From the IMG/VR virus record IMGVR_UViG_3300022661_000031: 39,322 bases of DNA. One strand, 5' to 3'. A model generated the notes under the pieces. It saw only the letters and a program-made list of their open reading frames with translations. It made no database searches and was not told the DNA's origin. This document shows positions 16,469-23,633 of the stretch, piece after piece. Position 1 is the first letter of the stretch, and every line of letters begins with the position of its first letter. The DNA comes from a virus. Made by a program: the position numbers and the translations under genes.

Positions 16469-17977
16469 TTATACGGCAATTCTGAGGACGACATAGTCCC
16501 GCAGCACGATGATCTTCGGGGTTCGAGTACCGTCGCGCGGGCTCCACCATTCGGGCCGTACTCGAACACGTGAGTGCGGGCCCTTTTCTCGGATATTGTA
16601 AAATATCAGCGCCTCATCGTTGCGGAGCTCGACTCGGGCGATGAACGTGTCAACCAACCGAGCGCGGAAGTCGTCATCCGTGACGTCTCCGACGCGGAAG
16701 GAGCGCAGCCAGGCCTCGACCACCTCATGGGTGAGTCGGGGCCTTTTTATTTCTGCCCGCTGGATCTCCAGCACCAGCTGCTCCTCCTCTTCCTCCAGGG
16801 CAGCCAAACGAGAGACCAGGCCACGGGCCCCGCCTTCTTCTATCGCGTCCAGCAAGTTCCGCTGGCGCTTTTTATTTGAGTCAAGACGCCGACGCAATCC
16901 CACCACGGGATCGTCGGCGTTTTCCTGTTCCTGGACTTCCAGGATCCGGACGGTCAGCTTCTCGATCATGTCATCGGTCAGCATATCGTTCACCGTGGCC
17001 AGGATGATCGCGTCCTCCAGCTGGTCCTTCGGGAACGGCTTCAGCTCGCAGGCCTTCCCGCGCTTTTTGTCTCCGCACTTGTAATACCGGTACACTTTCC
17101 CCAGCTTCCCGGTGCCGGTCTCTGCATTGATCATCGAGCCGCAATACCCGCAGAACATTTTACAGCTCAGCAAATAGTTCACCTTCGCCCTCCCCGCCGC
17201 ATTGTTACGGCTCGTTTTGAAATGCTGGGCCGCCTCCAAGAAGGTCGCCTGGTCAATGATCGGCTCCACATTCAGCTTCACGTCCTGGATGTAAAACTCG
17301 CCCAGGTATTTGTTATTCCGCAGCATACGATAGACGACCGCATTGGAGACCGGCTTCCCGCGTCTGCCCATGATCCCACGGTCGGCAAACATCTGGACGA
17401 TGTCCCGGAGCTGGCCGCCGGCGATGTGCATCCGGAAGGCCTCCCGGACAGCGGCAGCCTCTCGCTCGTCGACGATGATGTGACGCTCGGCGTCCACCTT
17501 GTAACCGATGGGCAGAGACTGGCCGCAATACTGGCCCTTCTTCGCGGTCTCCTTCATGCCTCGGATGACCTTCTGCCGGAGGTCGGCGGAGTAATACTCG
17601 GCCAGACCTTCCAGAACGCTCTCCAGGATGATCCCCTCCGGGCCCTCCGGGACGCTTTCCTTCGCATACAGCAGTTTGACGCCGGAGCGCTTCAGAGTCA
17701 GCTTGCCGAGGGCGATGTCCTGGCGATCACGGCCGAAGCGGTCGATCTTCCAGACGATGACGCAGTCAAAGCGGCCCTTCTCAGCGTCCCGCAGCATCCG
17801 CTGGAACTCGTCACGGCCGACGACACTCTTGCCGGAGACTTTCCGGTCGGCATACACTTCGATGATGTCGATCCCGTTCTCCTCTGCATAATATTTACAA
17901 TCTGCCACCTGGCCCTCGATGGACTGCTCAGTCTGCCGGGGGCCTGGTGAGTATCTGGCATAAATAACGCCACGCAT
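16469..17977 (-). CDS. int: Large serine recombinase (integrase)
   Basis: 502 aa. N-terminal resolvase domain (GVIYARYS...GQ), recombinase domain, Cys-rich zinc ribbon (CGYCGS...YYKCG) and a C-terminal coiled coil. Confidence 0.9.
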   Translation of the reverse strand: MRGVIYARYSPGPRQTEQSIEGQVADCKYYAEENGIDIIEVYADRKVSGKSVVGRDEFQRMLRDAEKGRFDCVIVWKIDRFGRDRQDIALGKLTLKRSGVKLLYAKESVPEGPEGIILESVLEGLAEYYSADLRQKVIRGMKETAKKGQYCGQSLPIGYKVDAERHIIVDEREAAAVREAFRMHIAGGQLRDIVQMFADRGIMGRRGKPVSNAVVYRMLRNNKYLGEFYIQDVKLNVEPIIDQATFLEAAQHFKTSRNNAAGRAKVNYLLSCKMFCGYCGSMINAETGTGKLGKVYRYYKCGDKKRGKACELKPFPKDQLEDAIILATVNDMLTDDMIEKLTVRILEVQEQENADDPVVGLRRRLDSNKKRQRNLLDAIEEGGARGLVSRLAALEEEEEQLVLEIQRAEIKRPRLTHEVVEAWLRSFRVGDVTDDDFRARLVDTFIARVELRNDEALIFYNIREKGPHSRVRVRPEWWSPRDGTRTPKIIVLRDYVVLRIAV

Positions 17978-18004
17978 GGCCTCACGCTCCTCTCTGGGGA
18001 TCTG

Positions 18005-18349
18005 TTAGATGTGCAGGATCGCTCTGATCGCTGCCTGAGTCTCAGCGCCGGCGTGCCGGTATGCTTCGATCAGGTCGATCTCGGCCAGCGTGACGGCCAG
18101 GAACTTATTGGCAGCGGGATCTGTCTCGTCGCCGGCCGGCTTCTCGATCTTATCGGTGAAGCCCAGCAAGTAGTTCATGTCGACGTGGAAGATCTCAGCC
18201 AGGGCCTCGATCATCTCGAAGCTCGGCTTCCGCTTTCCGTTCTCATACTGGGAAATGGTCATTTTATTCAATCCAACGCGGTCGGCCACGTCCTGCTGGG
18301 ACCAGCCCCGCTCTAATCTTAATGATTTAACAATCTGAGAAAACTCCAT
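18005..18349 (-). CDS. CI-like XRE-family repressor
   Basis: 114 aa starting at MEFSQIVKSLRLERGWSQQDVADRVGLNKMTISQYENGKR, with RBS ggggga. The track's longer start at 18484 would run through the promoter region. Confidence 0.85.
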   Translation of the reverse strand: MEFSQIVKSLRLERGWSQQDVADRVGLNKMTISQYENGKRKPSFEMIEALAEIFHVDMNYLLGFTDKIEKPAGDETDPAANKFLAVTLAEIDLIEAYRHAGAETQAAIRAILHI

Positions 18350-18385
18350 AAATCTGTCCCCCTGAAAAAAATGTTTATTTTCCTC

Positions 18386-18414
18386 TTGACAATTATAAAC
18401 TAAGAGTTTATTAT
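18386..18414 (+). promoter_or_regulatory. Early (lytic) promoter TTGACA-N17-TATTAT
   Basis: -35 at 18386-18391 and -10 at 18409-18414, read directly from the sequence. Confidence 0.7.
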
Positions 18415-18420
18415 AGTCAA
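18392..18420 (-). promoter_or_regulatory. Repressor promoter TTGACT-N17-TATAAT on the minus strand
   Basis: Plus strand reads attata at 18392-18397 and agtcaa at 18415-18420. Mirror image of the lytic promoter. Confidence 0.6.
18396..18410. promoter_or_regulatory. Operator O1, TAAACT-N3-AGTTTA
   Basis: Palindrome centred on 18403, lying inside both promoter spacers. Confidence 0.65.
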
Positions 18421-18422
18421 TG

Positions 18423-18437
18423 TAAACTATGAGTTTA
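18423..18437. promoter_or_regulatory. Operator O2, TAAACT-N3-AGTTTA
   Basis: Same 6-bp arms as O1, 27 bp away centre to centre. Confidence 0.6.
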
Positions 18438-18483
18438 CGCAAGAGAAAAGCAAAGTAAACACCACCGAACAGGAGGACACACA

Positions 18484-19095
18484 ATGAATATTTACAAGAT
18501 CACCTTCACCCGCGAGAACGGCACCCAGGGCGCTGACCACTTCACCGCTGCCACCGAGAAGCAGGCCCGCAAGGACTTCAACGAGTGCTACCGTCACGGC
18601 ACCGGCGTCATCGTCAGCGTCGAGCTCGTCCGTACCGACGCCCAGGCCACCAAGCAGCAGGAGCGCGATGCTCTGGCCAAGATCCGCCAGATCGTCGACA
18701 CCCTCGGCCCTGAGTCCTACCTGGCCACCGCCTTCGAGGGCTGCTTCGACCTCGCTGCTGAGAACATCGAGAACGACTGGGGCTGCTCCATGGCCGACCG
18801 CGTCCGCCGCGCTGAGAAGCGCGCCGCAGAGCTGGAGGACAAGCTGGCCGAGTCCGTGAAGGACTACGAGGCCGCTCATGCTGCCGCTCATGCGGTCGCT
18901 GAGGAGAAGGACGCCGAGATCGCCAAGCTGAAGGCCCGCATCCAGGAGCTGCTGGAAGACAGCAAGCGCGGCTGCGAGTCCATCGGCGACCTGGCCAACC
19001 GTGCCGGAGAGGCCCAGCGCCGAGCTGAGGCAGCCGAGGCCGAGGTCATCCGCCTGAAGGCCAAGCTCTACGACTACATGACAAGGGAGGGCTGA
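18484..19095 (+). CDS. Hypothetical early protein with a C-terminal coiled coil
   Basis: 203 aa with RBS aggagg. First gene of the rightward operon. Confidence 0.7.
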   Translation: MNIYKITFTRENGTQGADHFTAATEKQARKDFNECYRHGTGVIVSVELVRTDAQATKQQERDALAKIRQIVDTLGPESYLATAFEGCFDLAAENIENDWGCSMADRVRRAEKRAAELEDKLAESVKDYEAAHAAAHAVAEEKDAEIAKLKARIQELLEDSKRGCESIGDLANRAGEAQRRAEAAEAEVIRLKAKLYDYMTREG

Positions 19096-19097
19096 TC

Positions 19098-19436
19098 ATG
19101 AGCAAGATCTCCACCATCACCAGGATCACCAGCACCGTGCTGGACAAGTACCGCAATTCGATCCCGCGCAAGGCGTTCATCGACGCCATGGAGCGAGTGG
19201 CCGCCGAGGCCATCACCTCCGGAGAGACACAGCTGGGGGCTCCGGTCCCCGGCATCGAGCTCCTGAAGCGCTCCGACGCCACAGCTGGCGAGCTGGCCGA
19301 TCTGATCTCCGGCGCCTGCCCGCCCTTCCCCCAGGGCTTCAGCGAGGTGCGCTGCGACGAGCAGAGCTGCCGCGCCTGCTGGCTTGCATGGCTGACCACG
19401 GGAAAGTCACCCAGCTGCAAGGAGGTGGCGGACTGA
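19098..19436 (+). CDS. Hypothetical protein
   Basis: 112 aa, tightly packed against its neighbours. Confidence 0.6.
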   Translation: MSKISTITRITSTVLDKYRNSIPRKAFIDAMERVAAEAITSGETQLGAPVPGIELLKRSDATAGELADLISGACPPFPQGFSEVRCDEQSCRACWLAWLTTGKSPSCKEVAD

Positions 19437-19861
19437 TGGGCGCATATATGAGAAAGACGGGGATCCTCCCCGTCTGCACCAATAACGAGGCCCGGGACTA
19501 CTTCGCCAGCAAGGGCCTCACTTACGCCGACGTGACTGAGGGCGACATCCTCACCCTGGTCATGCTCCTGAACAAGCACATCAAGAAGGCCAACGCAGAC
19601 TGCGAGACCTCGATGGGCTCCATGTACCTGAGCCGCCGGATCGACCTCAAACGGAAGACCAACGGCACCCTGATCAGCTGCTTCCTGTATGTCAATAGCC
19701 ACTACTTCGAGCGCCGCGAGTGCATCAGCTTCAACGCTGACGGCTGGATCGGCTTCGCCGGCTGGGCAGACCAGGGCAACACCAACCCCATATTACGAGC
19801 ATTTATTGAGTGGTGCGACCTGCTGGCCACCACCGGAGAAAAGGAGGACACACAACCATGA
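19436..19861 (+). CDS. Hypothetical protein
   Basis: ATG at 19436 overlaps the upstream TGA. RBS ggagg lies about 10 nt upstream. Product starts MGAYMRKTG. Confidence 0.6.
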   Translation: MGAYMRKTGILPVCTNNEARDYFASKGLTYADVTEGDILTLVMLLNKHIKKANADCETSMGSMYLSRRIDLKRKTNGTLISCFLYVNSHYFERRECISFNADGWIGFAGWADQGNTNPILRAFIEWCDLLATTGEKEDTQP

Positions 19862-20079
19862 CCCGCTTCAAATTTTATTCCAACTACCTCGCCTGCCTGC
19901 TGGGCACCCTGGTCGCCTTCGAGCTCTGCTGGATCGGCGCCAAGTACGTCATCGAGGGCGAGGTGGTCCACACCTATCTCGACCACTTCATCGCCGTGTG
20001 CGGCTCGTTCTATCTGACCCGCGACACCATGAAGCTCTGGCTGAAGCTCCAGACCAAGAGCCAGAAGGTCCAGCACTAA
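19858..20079 (+). CDS. Small membrane protein
   Basis: 73 aa starting MTRFKFYSNYLACLLGTLVAFELCWIG, with RBS aaggaggacacacaacc. Confidence 0.55.
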   Translation: MTRFKFYSNYLACLLGTLVAFELCWIGAKYVIEGEVVHTYLDHFIAVCGSFYLTRDTMKLWLKLQTKSQKVQH

Positions 20080-20098
20080 CAAAGGAAGGAGGCAAAGC

Positions 20099-20314
20099 AT
20101 GACCGCAAAGACTATCGACGCCCAGACCATCGGTGAGAGACTCCGCGCTCTGCGCGGCTCCCGTACTCAGAAAGAGGTCGGCGAAGCCGTGGGCGTGACC
20201 GCCATGGCCATCTCTCAGTTCGAGCGCGGGGAGCGCGTACCTGCTGACAGCACCAAGATGGCCCTGGCCGCGTACTTCAAGACCACAGTGGAAGCTATTT
20301 TTTTTACATTCTAA
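20099..20314 (+). CDS. Small XRE-family HTH protein (Cro-like or Aca-like)
   Basis: 71 aa containing IGERLRALRGSRTQKEVGEAVGVTAMAISQFERGER. Confidence 0.8.
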   Translation: MTAKTIDAQTIGERLRALRGSRTQKEVGEAVGVTAMAISQFERGERVPADSTKMALAAYFKTTVEAIFFTF

Positions 20315-20315
20315 G

Positions 20316-20330
20316 TAAACTTTAAGCTTA
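20316..20330. promoter_or_regulatory. Third operator-like site, TAAACT-N3-AGCTTA
   Basis: Arms match O1/O2 at 11 of 12 positions. Starts 2 nt after the HTH gene stop. Confidence 0.35.
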
Positions 20331-20351
20331 CTTTTTCAAAGGAGGACACAC

Positions 20352-20555
20352 ATGGGAAGAAAGAACAGACAGCGCAAGCCGGAACCCTTCAAGTGCTGCG
20401 AGACCTGCGCCAATATGCAACCGATCGGCGAAGGCGACCACATCTGTGACGCCTGCTGCAGCCATGATGGCAGCCCGACCGCTCTGATCCTGGAGAGCTA
20501 CATCCCGGCCGCCGACTACTTCATCTGCAACGGCAGAAGCTGGACACCGCAATGA
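20352..20555 (+). CDS. Cys-rich small protein (possible zinc-binding)
   Basis: 67 aa, with Cys clusters CCETC and C..CC plus further Cys and His residues. RBS aaaggaggacacac. Confidence 0.6.
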   Translation: MGRKNRQRKPEPFKCCETCANMQPIGEGDHICDACCSHDGSPTALILESYIPAADYFICNGRSWTPQ

Positions 20556-20568
20556 GGAGGGCGCCATC

Positions 20569-20694
20569 ATGGGAAATGAAATTGACTTGACGATGCTGGC
20601 CCGTTCAGCCTACCGGGCGATCCTGCGGAGCATGGAGAGCGAAGACGAGGCGCCGGAAGCTCCCGAAGACAAGGAGGACACCCGTGGCAGTTAG
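20569..20694 (+). CDS. 41-aa acidic ORF
   Basis: ATG at 20569, TAG stop at 20692. No strong independent support. Confidence 0.3.
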   Translation: MGNEIDLTMLARSAYRAILRSMESEDEAPEAPEDKEDTRGS

Positions 20695-21052
20695 GCGGGG
20701 GGGGGGCATGAGCCAGGAGCCTCTGACACCGGAGGAGCAAGCCTTCGCAGTCCAGCACCATCACCTCGTCCTGGAGTACCTGCGGATCAGGCAGCTGCCG
20801 GTCGACGACTGGTATGACGTCGTGATCTTCCGCTATCTCCGCTCCGTTAGACGCTGGCACACCGAGCTGGAGCTTCACTACTACAGCTTCAAGACCATCG
20901 CCTTCAAGGCCATGCAGTCGGCCATCGGAGGCGAATATGCAAAACGCAGCCGCCGGATCCAAGCGGTCAGCCTGGAGGACCCGATCCCCGGGACCGATGG
21001 CATGACCTACGGCGACACCATCACATACGAGAACATAAGGAGGATGCTATGA
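20684..21052 (+). CDS. Sigma-70-like / phage transcription regulator-like protein (weak call)
   Basis: GTG start 5 nt after aaggaggacac. Product contains LTPEEQAFAVQHHHLVLEYL...DWYDVVIFRYL. A G10 tract lies in codons 5-8. Confidence 0.4.
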   Translation: MAVRRGGGMSQEPLTPEEQAFAVQHHHLVLEYLRIRQLPVDDWYDVVIFRYLRSVRRWHTELELHYYSFKTIAFKAMQSAIGGEYAKRSRRIQAVSLEDPIPGTDGMTYGDTITYENIRRML

Positions 21053-21354
21053 AAATCAGTTACAACGTGACGCTGCCCGAGCGCAAGACGTTCAGAGGCG
21101 GCCAGAGGAGTGAGGATCTCGTTGCCATCGAGAGCTTCCTGAAAGGAACCCAGAAAAACATGGCCATCGAGTACGACACCCCGGAAGAAGCAAAGAGACG
21201 GCTCGGCGCCATCCAGGCGTTCAGACGCAAGGATCCCCTGGGCGATCTGTTCGAGATCTACCGCAGCGGCGCCGGCCTCTACATAATCCGCCTGGACCCG
21301 AAAACGGTCAAGGCCAAGAAGGAGGCGAGAAACATGGCAGCACAAAAGAACTAA
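21049..21354 (+). CDS. Hypothetical protein
   Basis: 101 aa with RBS aaggagg and an ATGA-type overlap with the upstream gene. Confidence 0.6.
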   Translation: MKISYNVTLPERKTFRGGQRSEDLVAIESFLKGTQKNMAIEYDTPEEAKRRLGAIQAFRRKDPLGDLFEIYRSGAGLYIIRLDPKTVKAKKEARNMAAQKN

Positions 21355-21429
21355 GGCCCCGGAGACAAGCCCCGGAGCCCCAGAAGAACACACCCCAATT
21401 ATATCACAGCTAAGGAGGAAAATCAAACC

Positions 21430-21885
21430 ATGAAGATCAAAGTCGAATTTGAAAGTCTGGACGAGTTCAAGGAATACATGGGCATCGCGTCCCCTTCCCT
21501 CGTCGCAGTACCCGCTCAGGCCGAGCCTGAGATCACCCCGGAGCCTGCACCTGCTGAGGCCGTCCAGGAGGCGCCCCAGGAGGCCCAGGAAGCACCTGAA
21601 GCTCCTAAGCCTAAGAACAACACCAAGAAGACCCAGAAGGCCGCCCAGGCGGAAGCTGAGGCCGCTCCTGAGCCCGATCCGGAGCCTGAGCAGCCTGCAA
21701 AGGTGACGGAGGACTTCCGCATCGCTGTCCGCAAGCAGCTGGCCGCCCTCAATAAGAAATGCGGCCGCAACCGCGCCGCCGAACTGATCAACGAGCTCAC
21801 CGGCAAGGGCAAGCTCACCGAGGTCGATCTGGCCGACCTGCCGAAGCTCATGGAAGCAGCAAAGGAGGAAACCAATGCCGAGTAA
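21430..21885 (+). CDS. Hypothetical protein with a Pro/Glu/Ala-rich linker
   Basis: 151 aa with RBS aaggagga. Confidence 0.6.
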   Translation: MKIKVEFESLDEFKEYMGIASPSLVAVPAQAEPEITPEPAPAEAVQEAPQEAQEAPEAPKPKNNTKKTQKAAQAEAEAAPEPDPEPEQPAKVTEDFRIAVRKQLAALNKKCGRNRAAELINELTGKGKLTEVDLADLPKLMEAAKEETNAE

Positions 21886-23053
21886 ACACGCCCGCTGCTC
21901 CGCGTCGGCCGCGCATCGCTGGATCAACTGCCCCGGCTCCGTCGCTCTGTCTGATCAGTGCCCGGATCCCGGCTCCAGCAGCTACGCCGACGAGGGAACA
22001 GTCGCCCACAACCTGGCCGAGCTGAAGCTCCGCCACGTCCTGCATGAGATCACCGACGCCCAGTACAAGAAGCGCCTGGCCAAGATCCAGCAGGACGACT
22101 ACTACAACGGCGAGATGGACGAGGCCACCGACTTCTATGTGGACACCGTCCTGGAGGAGTTCGCCGCAGCCGGCGAAGGCGCCGAGCTGATGATCGAGCA
22201 GCGCCTCGATCTGACCCAGTGGATCCCGGAGGGCTTCGGCACTTCCGACGCCGTCATCATCGGCGGCAATATGATCCAGGTCATCGACCTGAAGTACGGC
22301 AAAGGCGTCAAGGTCGAGGCCAAGAACAACCCGCAGTTCCGTCTCTATGGTCTGGGCGCGGTCGCCCTGTTCGGCGATCTCTACGACTTCGACACCGTGA
22401 AGACCACGGTCGTCCAGCCCCGCCTCGACCATGTGGACAGCGAGGTCGTGATCCTGAAGGAGCTGCTGCTCTGGGGCGAGGAGGAAGTCACGCCCCGCGC
22501 CATCATGGCCATGGAGGGCTCCGACTACTTCGTGGCGGGCGACTGGTGCCGCTTCTGCCCGGCGAAGGCCCGTTGCCGCAAGCGTGCAGAGTTCAACCTG
22601 GAGCTGGCCCGGATGGAGTTCCAGAAGCCCCCGCTGCTCTCCAACGAGGAGATCGGCGAAGTGCTGGCCAAGGCCGACCACCTGAAGAAGTGGGCCGAGG
22701 AGGTCAGCGAGTACGCTCTGGAGCAGGCCCTGGCCGGTGAGCACTTCGACGGCTGGAAGCTGGTCGAAGGCCGCAGCAACCGCAAGTACGCCGACGAGAT
22801 CCAGGTGGCCGACAAGCTGAAGGCCGCCGGCTTCGACGAGGCGATGCTCTACCAGCGCAAGCTCTACGGCATCACCGAGATGGAGAAGCTCGTCGGCAAG
22901 AAGAAACTGGCCGCCACCCTGGGCGACCTGCTGATCAAACCCGCAGGCAAGCCGGTCCTCGTGCCGGAGTCTGATAAACGCGAAGCCATCAACACAACCG
23001 AAGCGGCCAAGGCCGACTTCACCACCGGCGACGACGAGGTCGCGCCGTTCTAA
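21875..23053 (+). CDS. PD-(D/E)XK nuclease, DUF2800/Cas4-like with a C-terminal Cys cluster
   Basis: Contains CSASAAHRWINCPGS, VIDLKYGKG and CRFCPAKARC. Confidence 0.75.
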   Translation: MPSKHARCSASAAHRWINCPGSVALSDQCPDPGSSSYADEGTVAHNLAELKLRHVLHEITDAQYKKRLAKIQQDDYYNGEMDEATDFYVDTVLEEFAAAGEGAELMIEQRLDLTQWIPEGFGTSDAVIIGGNMIQVIDLKYGKGVKVEAKNNPQFRLYGLGAVALFGDLYDFDTVKTTVVQPRLDHVDSEVVILKELLLWGEEEVTPRAIMAMEGSDYFVAGDWCRFCPAKARCRKRAEFNLELARMEFQKPPLLSNEEIGEVLAKADHLKKWAEEVSEYALEQALAGEHFDGWKLVEGRSNRKYADEIQVADKLKAAGFDEAMLYQRKLYGITEMEKLVGKKKLAATLGDLLIKPAGKPVLVPESDKREAINTTEAAKADFTTGDDEVAPF

Positions 23054-23071
23054 ATTAAGGAGGATTATAAA

Positions 23072-23620
23072 ATGTCTACTACCAAAGTTATCACCGGAAA
23101 AGTTCGTTTCAGCTATGTGAACATCTTCAAGAGCCGCGCCTTCCAGGCTGGCCAGGACGCCAAGTACAGCGTGTGCCTGCTGATCCCTAAAGAGGACAAG
23201 GCCACCATCAAGAAGATCAAGGCAGCCATCGACGCAGCTGTCCAGGACGGCATCAGCTCCAAGTGGGGCGGCAAGAAGCCTGCCAACCTGAAGCTGCCCC
23301 TGCGCGACGGCGACGCCGAACGTGCCGACGAGGCTCCTGAGTACGAGGGGATGTACTTCCTCAACTGCAACAGCACCCAGAAGCCCGGCATCGTGGACAA
23401 GGATCTGAACGAGATCCTGGATCCCGACGAGGTCTACTCCGGCTGCTGGGGCCGTGCCTCCATCAACTTCTTCCCCTTCAACACCAACGGCAACAAGGGC
23501 ATCGGCGTCGGCCTGAATAACATCCAGAAGCTGAAGGACGACGACCGCCTGGGCGCTGCCCGTGCTTCCGCCGAGTCCGACTTCGGCGGCGACGACTTCG
23601 AGGACGACGAGGACTTCTAA
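23072..23620 (+). CDS. DUF2815-type phage ssDNA-binding protein
   Basis: N-terminus VITGKVRFSYVNIF and acidic C-terminal tail DDFEDDEDF. Lies between the nuclease and polymerase genes. Confidence 0.7.
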   Translation: MSTTKVITGKVRFSYVNIFKSRAFQAGQDAKYSVCLLIPKEDKATIKKIKAAIDAAVQDGISSKWGGKKPANLKLPLRDGDAERADEAPEYEGMYFLNCNSTQKPGIVDKDLNEILDPDEVYSGCWGRASINFFPFNTNGNKGIGVGLNNIQKLKDDDRLGAARASAESDFGGDDFEDDEDF

Positions 23621-23633
23621 GGAGGACATACAG

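Noticed and set aside
18350-18484. Longer repressor ORF starting at 18484 (159 aa)
   Set aside because: The extension would be translated from the promoter/operator region. It has an implausible hydrophobic, low-complexity N-terminus, and the RBS-supported start is at 18349.
20569-21052. Idea that the 41-aa ORF and the sigma-like ORF are one gene separated by a G-tract frameshift
   Set aside because: The upstream ORF stops at TAG 20692-20694, before the G tract begins (20697), so slippage in the tract cannot fuse them.
21356-21377. Direct repeat gccccggag x2 in the 21355-21429 intergenic region
   Set aside because: It is only 9 bp repeated twice in GC-rich DNA, with no associated promoter or hairpin features.
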